A stretch of 64,000 nt of DNA from a virus (Duplodnaviria; Caudoviricetes), in the IMG/VR virus record IMGVR_UViG_2799112320_000004, positions 1 through 64,000 of that record; one strand, given 5' to 3'. This document shows positions 46,401-55,768 of this stretch, in pieces. A model generated the notes under the pieces. The model was not told the origin of the DNA and searched no databases. It saw nothing but the letters and a program-made list of their open reading frames with translations. The position numbers were made by a program, and so were the translations under genes. Positions within the stretch are counted from its first letter, which is position 1. Each line of letters begins with the position of its first letter.

Positions 46401-49400
46401 CACTTCTGGCCAGCAGATCGTACTTTTCCTTTTCGATCTTCCCCGCCTTCTTCAGACGCTTCAGTTCCGCCAGCTTCTCGCGTACCGCGTCCGTCACCCA
46501 CATGACGGCCGGGCCCTCCGTCGAGTCCAATTCCAGCAACAGTCGCGCGCGCGTGCGCTTCCACCAGTTCCCGATCGGCTTGTCCATCTCGGCCAGCAAC
46601 TCCTTGATTGTCGCCTGCTGGTCTGCATCCCACTGCCGCTCGATGTCGCGCATCACGCGCTCGTGCGGACCCTCCGCGTCGCGCGTGCGCCGGAGCGCGT
46701 TCCACGCCTCGGACAGCTTCTCGTTCCCGGCGATCGCCTCCACCATCTTCGCGTACACCTTCGGCGCGTGCGCCTCCAGCCCCACGGGATCCGCCAGGAA
46801 CATGCCGAACATCTCCGCCCACAGCTCGCTCGCCGCCACCCCTTCGCTCTTCTTTGCCGTCGGGTCCTTCCTGACGGGATCCTGCTCGCGCCACCACCTC
46901 GCGGCCTCCTGCGCCTCCTTGCCGAGCTCGCCCTTCGTGTCGCCCAGCTCCTTCGAGATGCCCATGCCGAGCTTGCGCAGGTCCTTCAGGCACTGCGGCG
47001 CGCCGGCCGTCGTCGGCAGCTCGCACGCTATGCGCCCGATTTCCTTCGCGAGGATGTTCACGGCGGTGCGGCCGCCGCCGCTCGTCTTGCCCTTGATCCT
47101 GGCCTCCGCGAGCCCCTCCATCTCCTCGGCGAGCGCCTGCTCGCTCAGCTCCTTCATGGCCTTCACTTCTTCGTAGCTGTTGTGCAGCCGCCACGACGGA
47201 TCCTCGTTGAGGAACATGCCGTCCTTCTTCAGCCCGGCCTTGACCGCCTCCAGGTCGCTCTTGTCCACGATGCCGAACGCGGCCGCGTTGAGACGCAGCC
47301 TGCCGTCGCGGCCCCTGCCCGCGAGCCACGGCATCTTCTCGAGTATCTTGGGCATGTGCGCGTTCGCCGCGAGCGCGCGGTAGAGGCGCAGTGCCTCGCT
47401 GTAGGCGAGCGTCATGCTGCCGTCCTGCGACGGCCCGGCCTGCCCTTCCCGCTCGAGATAGAGGTTCGCGCCCGCGTCGAAACCGGCCTCTGTGCGCTCG
47501 CTCCGCCCGGCCGCCACGCGCTGCCCTCCGGCGCGCACGGCCCTCAGCACGTCGTCGTACACCTCGTCCCTGCGCTTACCGCCGCGCGCGTAGCGGATGT
47601 CTGGATTTTCCGGATCGAACGTGCCGATGTTGTCCGTTGCGCTCTTGACCTGCGCCCCGCCGTCCAGCGGCACGTAGCTCACGCCTCTGTATTTCACCCC
47701 GCTTCCCGTCGGGTCTCCTCCCTCGTCATAGACGATGCCGTCGTACTTGTCACCGAAGTTCTCGCGCAGGAACTCCCCGTCTACGATCGACGCCTCGCCC
47801 CAGTCCAGCGCGCCCGACTTTCCTTTTATGAATTCGTGGTCCGGGAAGATGCTCTGCAAGTCCTTCAGGCATTCAGGATCCCTGATGTCGAAGGGCCTGC
47901 GGATGTTCAGGTAGTACGCGCCCACCTTTCCGCCGTTGCCCGTGTACCTCTTTGCGTATTCCGGGTCTGCCGTGAAGTATGCCTCCGGCTTGATAACGCC
48001 CTTGCCCGCCTCCTGCGCGAGCGGATCGTACGGCGATCCCCGATACACCACCAGCGGCTCGCCGTTTTCGTCTACGACTTTCGACGCGTTCGCCGGATCC
48101 TTCTTCACGTCGCCGAAGAATTCCTTGAATTGGCGCGTCTCCGTCTGGCTTGAGATTTTTGCAGCCTGCGCCTTGACCGGCGAACCGGGATCGTGTATAC
48201 TATGCACCAATCCATTCACTTGCTTTCGTTTGGCATACTTTAGCCCTAGGCTTGCAAGTTGTGGATTTGCTTTGGCCAGCGAGGTGAAAACCCTGCTGGT
48301 CTTTGCATTATCCATGTAGAATACTCCGATATCGCCCTTGCCTTCAGCCTCAATTGCCTCTTTCACAAGTCCTGTCCATGCGTTTCTGCGTCCATGTGCG
48401 CTTGTCATGACATGTGCCGTTATTTTGCCGCTGTTAATTTCTGGCTCTCCGTTTATAACTATCGGCAGAATCATGTCCCCTTCTGGCGTTGACACAGATG
48501 TGATCGCGACCACACTTGTGTCTTTGCCTTTCTTGGACCTCGACGCTATCACCATCACAGGCTTTTTCAACGCACCAGGGACCTTCTTCAAGTTGTCGCC
48601 CAGGCCGTGCATGTGCCCGCCGATATTCCAGTTCACGCCGTCCTGCTTCGTGAAGTAGCATGTCTCGATGTGGTGCTGCGTCATCATCACAGGCAACTTA
48701 ACGAATCCTATTTCCTCTAATGCGCTCGGCGTCTCTCCTACAAACACATAATCGTCAGATATAAGCTTCGCGTTTCTTCCGCCAGCCCTTCTGTTCGCCA
48801 CGATCTTGTCAACGGCCTTGTCGAACGGCACTTCGTAATATCGCTGATTCTTCCCTTTCTCGCTGAGTTTCGATACAGGCACCCCGCCCCTGCTGTACCT
48901 GATCTCGCCGTCTGTCCACTTGTGGTCCACGCGGATGTGCTCGTCCGAGAACGCGACGTAGTTCCAGCCCGCCGTGTCGCCGTCCTTCACGCTCTTGCCG
49001 CCGTAGGAGTCGACCGGGTACTTCACGCCGTCGATCCCCGCGCGGTAAAGGAACTCGGAGGCGGCCTGCGGAGAGCCGAGGAGTCTTGACAGGCTTTCGT
49101 ATATTGCGTCTCCGCTGTTGCCGTTGTCGGTAATGAAATGCTCCAGGTCGCCGTTGAAGCGAAGCCACCAGGCTCCTTTTAGCTTTTCGCGCAGACCTTC
49201 CTTCTCCGCCTGTGCGATCACCCTGTCCCAGTTGGCGTCGGAAATAGCGTCGTACCACTTCAGCAGGTGGCTCTCGTCGCCCTCCGCCCGGTTCGTGAAG
49301 AACGTCTGCTCGTAGAGGTTGGCTCGCGCCTCGCCGGGTCTTGACTCCCAGCCGCCCTCCTTCAGCTTCTTTAACACGGCCTCTTGTTTCTTGAGGGTGT

Positions 49401-52400
49401 CTCCTGGGATTACTCCAGCACTGACACCTTCCTTAAGGCGCTTCACCAAATCTGCTGACTCTCTTACGGCCCTTCGGACATCGCCCTTCGTCCTTGCGAT
49501 TTCCCTTGCTGCCATAACTTCGGCTGAATTGCCGCCCGACAGATCTATTTTCTTGCCGTGCTGAGACACGTCCCAAGCGAAAAATTCTTTAGTGTCCCTG
49601 CCTTCATTCGCGTATCTATCCGCCACGCTCCTTACATTTGACCCGTACAGCCCCCAGCCGTAGACCTGGCTTCCCTCGCCGGTGCCGATGTGCTTGACGC
49701 TCGGCCCGTCGTCCACGCCGCCCTGCCGCGAGCGGTTCGCGTAGTCCGCCGCCGAGCCCGTGTAGATGCCGCCTATCGACGGCCTGATGTCGCCTTCCGC
49801 ATTTCCCCTTCCTTCGCCCAGCCTGCGGCCCTCGAGCATCTGCGCGGTCAGCGCCTCGATCGCCTCCTCGGGATCCATCTTCTCGATCTTCTTCAGGTCG
49901 ACGCGGTTGCCGCCCACCGTGCGCGCCATGCCCTTCCACGCCCGCGCGAGCGCGTGCAGCACCTTCCGCCACCACCCGCGCACCTCCGGGCTCTTCGCGA
50001 GCAGTTTCTGGAACCGCTCGCCCATCGTCCGCTCGAACCTCCCGGCGCCGATCTCGTCCATGAGCGCGTCGCCGCTGAAATCTCCGTACGTCTCCTTTAT
50101 CAGCGCCTTGAGCTTCTGCGGCGCCCGCGCCGCGTACCGCTTCATCTTGAGCAGCAGGTCCGGGCTGTTCCGCTCCGCCCAGTGCCACACCGCATGCCAG
50201 CCGATCTCGTGCGCGAGCGTCCCGGCGTCCGCGCCTTCGAACAGTACCACCTCGCCCTTGCCCCGGTGGTAGTAGCCCTGCACCTGCCCCTCGGCGTCCT
50301 TGATCGGCTTCGTCTCGCCCGCCGCGCGCAGCGCGGCCTCGGCCTCCTCGGGCGTGCCCGTGCGCACGCGGATCCCGCTCTTCTCGCCGAACAGGCCGTC
50401 GACCAGCCGCTGCCCGGCATCGACCAGCTGGTTTTGCGGGCTTAAGCCCGCCTCCCCGACATTGCTTCTTGCCTCCGCCCGCGCCTTCACGCGCGCGGCC
50501 ATCAGCAGGGCCTCGGCCGCATCAGCCGCCGAAACGTCCGCGAACACCAGGTCCACGTCGCCCGCCATCTCCTTCAGCCGCGTGACGAACTGCACCGCCG
50601 CGTCGCGGTTCTCCGGGCGCATCATCTCCTCGCCCGTCATCCCCTCGACGAGCACGATCTCTCGCCCGTCCTCGCTGCGCGTGCGCGTGGCTTTCGCGCC
50701 CTCGAAACGCACACACCCCACCGATCCGTCCGCCTTCACCGTGGGCTCGGCTGCCTTGTCCGCGCCCGGCGCCGCCGGCGCCTTCGGCAGCCACCCCGAC
50801 TCATCCACCGTCTTGCCTTCCGCCGCCGCCTCCTGGGCCTGCGCCGCGCCCTCGGCCTTGGCCTCCGCCACGCTCTTGATCGTGCCGTCCGGCATCTCCA
50901 CCATCTCCGAGTCGGCGTCCACCGCCACGCGCCCGACGGCGCGCTCGCGCGCGGCGCGGATCGCGTCCGCCGCCTCGCGGTCGGTGTAGTCCGGCTTGCG
51001 CGCTGCAAGCTCCGCGATCGCGTCCATGGCCGCGCCCGCCTCCTCCGGCGGCAACTTGCCCGCGATCATGTCGAGGGCCGTGGCCTGCGCCCTCTCGGAT
51101 GCCTCGCCGAGCGACTTCTTGCCGAGCCTCTCCGCGCATTCCGCCGCCCAGGCGCGCCCCACCGTGCCCTCCGTGGCCGCGCTCTTCAACGCCTCCGAGC
51201 CCTCGTTCAACACCGTGATCGCGTCCACCACCGGCCTCTCCGGCACGATGCCGTAGCGGTCGCAGTCCTCCTCGCTGCGGATTCCGAGCGCCTCGACGCC
51301 GCGCGCGATCTCCTCGCGCGTGCCGCGCCCCTCGCGCATGTTCTCCACGGCGTCCAGCGACTCGGCCTGCTGGCGCGTCCAGCCCTGGTCCTCGCGCACC
51401 TCGACCGCCTTGATCTCCTTCACGCCCGCCGCCGCCGCGCCCGCCGCGCGGCTGCGCCCCGTCACCAGCACGCGCGTGCCGTCGTTGCCCACCCACACGA
51501 TCACCGGCGGCGCCTTCGCCTGGTCCCACTCGCCGTCCAGCACCGTGCCCTGCTTGAAACTCGTCTCCGTGATCTGGAGCCCTTCGAGCGGCTCCGCCAC
51601 CGTCGGCAGCTCGCCGCGCTCCAACGCGTCCAGCATGATCGCCGCATTCTCCGCGCGCGTCTCCCCCTTCGGCAGCTCGTTCCCCTCCGCGTCCCTTTGC
51701 ACATCCGCCTCGCGGTTGGCGCGGTAGCCCTCCACCGCGCCCGTGCGCGCATCGAGGATCGTGCCGTCGGCCACCGTGATCGTCGCCCGGCCGTCCTTGC
51801 CCACTTGCCACACGCTGCCGTCGTCGAACTGCACAGCCCCGTTCGGCAGCACGCGCTTCACGTTCTCCGTTCCCTCCATGCCGGCTTCCAGCCATCCCGC
51901 GCCGACCTCCCGCGCCCGCAGCGCCAGCTGTGCCTGCCGGTCCATGATCGGCGCGTAGGTCTTGCGGTTCTGCTCGACCTGGAACGTGATCGCGCCTTCG
52001 CCGTTCTTGCGGTCCGCCCTCCACGCGAGCCACGCGCCCGACTTCCCCAGCGCGTTCACCGCGTGGAACGCGCTCCCGACCAGGAACTCGCTCATCACCG
52101 TCTTCGCCACTTCCCATGCGCTCTTCTTGTGCCAGTTCTGGTCCGTGCCGGCCGTCGCCAACGCCTCGACGCCTTCCTTCGTTGCCGCCACCCCCGCCAT
52201 CATCGCGCCGCTCTTCATCGCCTCGAGCGTGAAACGCTTCACGATCTCCGTCTTCGTCAACTGCTCGAACGGCTTCGGCATCGCCATGTTCATCTTCTTC
52301 CACGGACCCAGCACGCCGAACATCGCCGCCTCTATGCCGCCCTTCGCCGCCGCCGCGAGCTCCTGGCGCCATCCGCCCGGCCCCTCCGGATCCTCCGCCA

Positions 52401-53073
52401 TCTCGGCGTAGCCCTTTCCGCCCATGCCCGCCGCCACCACGGCCTGGCCTATCGCCGCCGCCTTCTTCCCGCCCGCGATCGCCCCTACTCCTTTCGCCGC
52501 AAGGCCCATCCCCTTCATCGCGAACACGCTCTCCGCGAACGAGTTTATCGCCCCCATCGTCTCGTGCGCTCCCTCTATGCCGTCGTACATGCCGCGCTTC
52601 TCAAAGAGGTCCGGCGTCAGGGCGTCCGTTATCTCGTTGAACGAGTCGTGCCAGTCGCCGAGGAAACCGCTCACCGCGTTGCCGTCCGCTCCCACGAGCG
52701 ACTCCACCCCGCGCGCCACGCCGCGCGCGAGGCCGAACCCCACGTCCGCCGCTCCCTTGACCATCCCGCCGAACACCTTGCCCAACGCCGTTCCAATGCC
52801 ACTTGCCACGTTGAGGCCCATGTACGCGAGCGCGCCGTGCTCGCCCGTGGGATCGTCCCAGATTCCGCGCACGCCCGCCTTCGCGTTGTCCCACGTCCAG
52901 TAGTCGTCATCGCGCGCCGCCGTGCTTTCCTCCTTCGACATCACGCCCTTCAGGACGACTCCCGCCGCCTTCGCCTGCTCCACCAGCTCCGGCAGCTCGC
53001 TTTTCTTCGCCGAATACTTCTGGCCGTCCGATCCCTCGAAGTTGTACACCTTCTCCTGCTCTTCCTCTTCCAT
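43492..53073 (-). CDS. Giant polyvalent ejection protein (about 3190 aa): ParB-like, MPTase-like, ART-like, MuF-C-like and ART-PolyVal cassettes, LPD38-like C-terminus
   Basis: Likely start ATG 53073 (AGGAAAGG RBS; ORF track start 53103). PPVIVW...VLVTGRSR; YYH...LAHEIGWH; IGTGEGSQVYGWGLY...GIDGVKY...NYVAF; GETPSALEEIG...V.MTQ; FKEFFGD...SKVVDENGEPLVVYRG...QVKSATDNIGTFD. Confidence 0.88.
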   Translation of the reverse strand: MEEEEQEKVYNFEGSDGQKYSAKKSELPELVEQAKAAGVVLKGVMSKEESTAARDDDYWTWDNAKAGVRGIWDDPTGEHGALAYMGLNVASGIGTALGKVFGGMVKGAADVGFGLARGVARGVESLVGADGNAVSGFLGDWHDSFNEITDALTPDLFEKRGMYDGIEGAHETMGAINSFAESVFAMKGMGLAAKGVGAIAGGKKAAAIGQAVVAAGMGGKGYAEMAEDPEGPGGWRQELAAAAKGGIEAAMFGVLGPWKKMNMAMPKPFEQLTKTEIVKRFTLEAMKSGAMMAGVAATKEGVEALATAGTDQNWHKKSAWEVAKTVMSEFLVGSAFHAVNALGKSGAWLAWRADRKNGEGAITFQVEQNRKTYAPIMDRQAQLALRAREVGAGWLEAGMEGTENVKRVLPNGAVQFDDGSVWQVGKDGRATITVADGTILDARTGAVEGYRANREADVQRDAEGNELPKGETRAENAAIMLDALERGELPTVAEPLEGLQITETSFKQGTVLDGEWDQAKAPPVIVWVGNDGTRVLVTGRSRAAGAAAAGVKEIKAVEVREDQGWTRQQAESLDAVENMREGRGTREEIARGVEALGIRSEEDCDRYGIVPERPVVDAITVLNEGSEALKSAATEGTVGRAWAAECAERLGKKSLGEASERAQATALDMIAGKLPPEEAGAAMDAIAELAARKPDYTDREAADAIRAARERAVGRVAVDADSEMVEMPDGTIKSVAEAKAEGAAQAQEAAAEGKTVDESGWLPKAPAAPGADKAAEPTVKADGSVGCVRFEGAKATRTRSEDGREIVLVEGMTGEEMMRPENRDAAVQFVTRLKEMAGDVDLVFADVSAADAAEALLMAARVKARAEARSNVGEAGLSPQNQLVDAGQRLVDGLFGEKSGIRVRTGTPEEAEAALRAAGETKPIKDAEGQVQGYYHRGKGEVVLFEGADAGTLAHEIGWHAVWHWAERNSPDLLLKMKRYAARAPQKLKALIKETYGDFSGDALMDEIGAGRFERTMGERFQKLLAKSPEVRGWWRKVLHALARAWKGMARTVGGNRVDLKKIEKMDPEEAIEALTAQMLEGRRLGEGRGNAEGDIRPSIGGIYTGSAADYANRSRQGGVDDGPSVKHIGTGEGSQVYGWGLYGSNVRSVADRYANEGRDTKEFFAWDVSQHGKKIDLSGGNSAEVMAAREIARTKGDVRRAVRESADLVKRLKEGVSAGVIPGDTLKKQEAVLKKLKEGGWESRPGEARANLYEQTFFTNRAEGDESHLLKWYDAISDANWDRVIAQAEKEGLREKLKGAWWLRFNGDLEHFITDNGNSGDAIYESLSRLLGSPQAASEFLYRAGIDGVKYPVDSYGGKSVKDGDTAGWNYVAFSDEHIRVDHKWTDGEIRYSRGGVPVSKLSEKGKNQRYYEVPFDKAVDKIVANRRAGGRNAKLISDDYVFVGETPSALEEIGFVKLPVMMTQHHIETCYFTKQDGVNWNIGGHMHGLGDNLKKVPGALKKPVMVIASRSKKGKDTSVVAITSVSTPEGDMILPIVINGEPEINSGKITAHVMTSAHGRRNAWTGLVKEAIEAEGKGDIGVFYMDNAKTSRVFTSLAKANPQLASLGLKYAKRKQVNGLVHSIHDPGSPVKAQAAKISSQTETRQFKEFFGDVKKDPANASKVVDENGEPLVVYRGSPYDPLAQEAGKGVIKPEAYFTADPEYAKRYTGNGGKVGAYYLNIRRPFDIRDPECLKDLQSIFPDHEFIKGKSGALDWGEASIVDGEFLRENFGDKYDGIVYDEGGDPTGSGVKYRGVSYVPLDGGAQVKSATDNIGTFDPENPDIRYARGGKRRDEVYDDVLRAVRAGGQRVAAGRSERTEAGFDAGANLYLEREGQAGPSQDGSMTLAYSEALRLYRALAANAHMPKILEKMPWLAGRGRDGRLRLNAAAFGIVDKSDLEAVKAGLKKDGMFLNEDPSWRLHNSYEEVKAMKELSEQALAEEMEGLAEARIKGKTSGGGRTAVNILAKEIGRIACELPTTAGAPQCLKDLRKLGMGISKELGDTKGELGKEAQEAARWWREQDPVRKDPTAKKSEGVAASELWAEMFGMFLADPVGLEAHAPKVYAKMVEAIAGNEKLSEAWNALRRTRDAEGPHERVMRDIERQWDADQQATIKELLAEMDKPIGNWWKRTRARLLLELDSTEGPAVMWVTDAVREKLAELKRLKKAGKIEKEKYDLLARSVKDELNKINAALLEKQRGGGKGRRYALDFAEHIMDEVAKDGVQLDDLRRYLYAKSVRDGMHQKGKAAALGMDQREADKVLKDLEGRLGADGWTRLETAAKRFQALREQHILENEFVLEAFGRDLVGYWRMNASYVRSERTWTAEEVEAYRAAREDWMKRHPGESTVIAEIEALMDMHALKGSGASGSSFMKPLVGSLKAVKDPLAATLENDLRIVEFAQRNHWACSLAEASKTLGLEGFAVMEDRGGGGRLKGSNRYGSVTFLKDGRRMTLVMPKVVADGFEHDAKGVSKVVKINRAISAVLTQYSPRFALRNIWRNRASNANNIAWMGEGKFVGAAGLVGLRPIARLATFLMERAAAHLPDRFARNGLMNLLYGDKTNIYYEAEATRIAKLMQDPKLLQQRIAEADRLAGQGKTAQAQRIMEDVEKCRGVMKLPIFAGVRKQIMGESGKTDIDELMRTLGMETNLDGTKLTGIKRVKRWMQRRAETVKRFNDFEEARVKLIALLAAEHEAELARAQGREAPRSADEITYQVATMSGSPRYENRGRAMNYIEFACGPFMNVGMKGAYRTLEAMRYDPKAWWTKAASRIAGRLATSVLWMGGGYAVLAKMLGEEAGDDEEKQKNAGWLMRFGRRMAHGLANCSDYRLRNYDIVPVGLYGKWSTLAISMPRGDEDRLLMPAVDLLAHGLLGSERAEEAGFSLPTDLNYTGSQAVQNTVLNSGLVPDLTRRGLLMSLFQDAIGPLVGWNPYNSFTQRTVYSEADFESRFADPGNMATKVGKQLWNDVGGQVVMPATTWDEDEGAYDDQGQWALSGAEEGEAGCMPIGGKTIFQALHSIPFLSAAASGLITFQNGGNERIARRLEKYRRDDSAPLRAAAQRVADEVIEAVRAKGEDFDYSEMLAARVAELGLPEEDAEIIEGLAFKKVQGIAAKMGSEFDPIGKTLRKMSNDEKMYRRAKRQVEAEGWDGDFD

Positions 53074-53204
53074 TTCGCCTTTCCTTTCCTTTCTGGCTTC
53101 CATTGCGCGGGCCCCCTTGCCCGCGCCGCGATCTGCGGGCGTTTAAGCCCACCTCCCTATCTCGCCCTCCCTCTCGCCTTTGATTTCCACCTTCACGCTT
53201 GCTC

Positions 53205-54002
53205 CTAATTGCTGACAAACCTTGTATCTATTCTCGGCTTGCCAGGCATCTGGCTTTTAAGGCGCTCGTCTATTATTTTCGCGGCCTCCGCCTCCGTATA
53301 TCTCGGCTTGCCATGCACCTTGCTCGAATTGATCAGCTGCGTGATCATCGCCGATCTCCTCTCCGCGAAGTCAAGCGCCGTCTTCTCGTCCACATTCCTT
53401 TGCTTCATCATGTTCTCCGCAAACGTCCGCGCCTCCTGCGCCCGCGCCTGAATCGCTGCCGCCTCCGTCGTCCCCTCCTTTCCGATCCGCGCCACTTCTT
53501 TCGCCACGTCGCCTTTATCCTTGCTTATCCTCTCTTCACTCGACGTGTTGATGCCCGCGATCTTCTCTGCGCTCGCCGTGTTTATGCCTGCAACTTTCTC
53601 CGCGCTTGCCGCCTGGACCTCCGCCGTGCGGATCGCGGCATCCTTGTTGAACTCCGCTGCCTCCCTGCCCTGTTCGGCCATGCCCCAGCGCCTCTGCCTC
53701 GCCTCCTCCTCCCGCGTCGCCAGCTCCTTGCCCAGCCTTTCCATCTCATGTTCGCGCGCCGCCCGCATCTCCGCGTCGCGCATCACTGCATGGCGGTAGT
53801 TCGTGTTCGCCTCCGCCCCAGGGTTCGCAAGTACATTCAGCCGCTTGCGCTCCATCGCCTCCTCGTGCGCCTTCTTGAACACATGGTTCTGCCTTTCCTG
53901 CTCCGTCATCCCAATCGTAAATCCTGCTTTCGCCGCCCTGTCACGCAACTCGCGCTGCTTTTCCAGCTTTTCCACCATCTCTTCATTCAGCCATTTTGCC
54001 AT
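53205..54002 (-). CDS. Coiled-coil protein, probable ejection protein
   Basis: 265 aa, Glu/Ala/Arg-rich helical with short repeats (ASAEK.AGINT); directly upstream of the giant gene. Confidence 0.65.
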   Translation of the reverse strand: MAKWLNEEMVEKLEKQRELRDRAAKAGFTIGMTEQERQNHVFKKAHEEAMERKRLNVLANPGAEANTNYRHAVMRDAEMRAAREHEMERLGKELATREEEARQRRWGMAEQGREAAEFNKDAAIRTAEVQAASAEKVAGINTASAEKIAGINTSSEERISKDKGDVAKEVARIGKEGTTEAAAIQARAQEARTFAENMMKQRNVDEKTALDFAERRSAMITQLINSSKVHGKPRYTEAEAAKIIDERLKSQMPGKPRIDTRFVSN

Positions 54003-54053
54003 TTTCTCTTCTCCTTTTTTTGTTGTTGCTGAAAACTTTTCAACCTTTCCACC

Positions 54054-55331
54054 CTACCATCCGGGCAGGCTGGTGACGGGCTTGAGTGTTATCACCAGGT
54101 AGACTTCCTTCAGGATCCCCTGGACTGACCTCGACAATCTGTGGCTGCCCGCATCGCCGTGCACTTCCGGTATCCCCATCGCCGATTCCACCTGCGCCAA
54201 ACTCGGCATCCACTGCGTGGCGCCCACGCATTCCGCGAGCAATCTCGCCGGTTTCACCGTTACCTCGTATACGAGCTTCTCGGACGATCCCCCCTTCGCC
54301 TCCTTCCATCGCGCCTCTCCCAGATCCACCAACACCGTCGCGTTCGTTGCCCAACCTCGATTAATCGGTTCTTCTTCTATTACTTCGCCGTCTTCGAACC
54401 ACTTCCTATCTTCATGCTCGTATTCGTCTCCCGTCAGGTGCACCACCCCCCAGGCCCTCGCTCCTCTCACCACCTTCGGGCTCGTTTCCCCTCGCATCCA
54501 GTCCTCTTTTCTCCTCACCCCGAACTCCAACCTCACGTCCCCTTCTCCCACCACTTCCTCTTTCTCCGTCCTTTCTCTTTCTCGCGTCCATGTGTTTTCC
54601 CATTGCGATCCGTCCCATTCATATTCCCTCCAGACACTTTTGATCCCTTCGCACGACAGCCACCAGCTCGTCGCCGACACCGTCCCCGTCATCGCCTCCG
54701 CAGTCGCCGTCGTCCCCTCTCCCGTTTCCGTCTCCCGCAGCGTCCACGCCGTGATTATACGAGCCGTGTTCGTGTCGCCCGGCGACACGGCCTTCACCAC
54801 CACGTCCATTCCCTTCAACACCTTGTACGCGTTTGTCATCGCTGCTTTCGCGACCAGTTTCCCCATCACCCTCCCCTCGAGCCTTCTTACCTCGTTCGTC
54901 ATCGCTCCGCCGCTTGCCGCGCCCAGAATCCTCCTCACCGTCCCCCCCGCCGACAGGTCCTTGAGCAGCTCGTTCGTCACGGCCACCGTACTCATGACCG
55001 CGTTCGTCCAGTAGCTACCCGTCGTCGTTGGCCAAATCCCCCCTCCCTTCACCAACAGCCCCGGCCCCGCGGCGTTCGTCTGAACTTCGTATTCCCCGCC
55101 CAGCGCTATCCGCTCGGCCCACGCCTCAGCGATCCACGCCGCGTCCTCGTACCGGACGAGGCCATAGTCGCCGCTCTCGCCCATGACGCGACCAACTATG
55201 TTCGTTGTCTTTGGCAACGTGTAGTAGTAGTCGTTCGTCGTCGCGAGCGAGGTAGTCGCCGCGCCGCACCGCGGCCCTCCCGTTCCGACCGCCGCCACCA
55301 GGATGACGGCTCTCACTGCTTTCCTCACCAT
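54054..55331 (-). CDS. Putative secreted Thr-Asn-rich protein
   Basis: Start at ATG 55331 (GAGG RBS); MVRKAVRAVILVAAVG...GA signal-like N-terminus; 9 of 11 Asn preceded by Thr. Confidence 0.65.
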   Translation of the reverse strand: MVRKAVRAVILVAAVGTGGPRCGAATTSLATTNDYYYTLPKTTNIVGRVMGESGDYGLVRYEDAAWIAEAWAERIALGGEYEVQTNAAGPGLLVKGGGIWPTTTGSYWTNAVMSTVAVTNELLKDLSAGGTVRRILGAASGGAMTNEVRRLEGRVMGKLVAKAAMTNAYKVLKGMDVVVKAVSPGDTNTARIITAWTLRETETGEGTTATAEAMTGTVSATSWWLSCEGIKSVWREYEWDGSQWENTWTRERERTEKEEVVGEGDVRLEFGVRRKEDWMRGETSPKVVRGARAWGVVHLTGDEYEHEDRKWFEDGEVIEEEPINRGWATNATVLVDLGEARWKEAKGGSSEKLVYEVTVKPARLLAECVGATQWMPSLAQVESAMGIPEVHGDAGSHRLSRSVQGILKEVYLVITLKPVTSLPGW

Positions 55332-55339
55332 TTTCCACC

Positions 55340-55768
55340 TCACGCGTAAATCGGTATGAACGGCATTCCCCTGTAGTCCTTCTTCACTTCCCCGTTCTCG
55401 ATCGTGAAGAGCTTCACAGCCGTGTGATCGTCGTCGTTCTCTCCTGCCGTCTTCGAGACCGTCGCGCGATGCGGCGCCTCGTGCGGCACGTTCAGGTACC
55501 ACGTCCCGTCCGCCTGGCCCTCTTCCACATCCACGTCCTGCAGCTCCACCACGGCGTGCGCCGCGTAGAAGTTGCAGTGCGTGATCTTGCCGTCCTCCCA
55601 GCGGAACGCGCCGTAGTCTGCGCCGCCGAGCGGGTTGATCGGGAGTCCCACGTCGGCGCCTTCGCCGCCTGCCATTTCGCCTGCGCCTGCTGCCGCGATC
55701 TCTGCGCGCAGCGACGCGATCTCGCTTTTCAGCGCTCCGATTGCCGCCTGTGTTTCCGCGTCCATCAT
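55340..55768 (-). CDS. Hypothetical virion protein
   Basis: ATGA overlap with the upstream gene; N-terminal coiled coil, beta-rich C-terminal domain ending MPFIPIYA; 142 aa. Confidence 0.65.
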   Translation of the reverse strand: MMDAETQAAIGALKSEIASLRAEIAAAGAGEMAGGEGADVGLPINPLGGADYGAFRWEDGKITHCNFYAAHAVVELQDVDVEEGQADGTWYLNVPHEAPHRATVSKTAGENDDDHTAVKLFTIENGEVKKDYRGMPFIPIYA

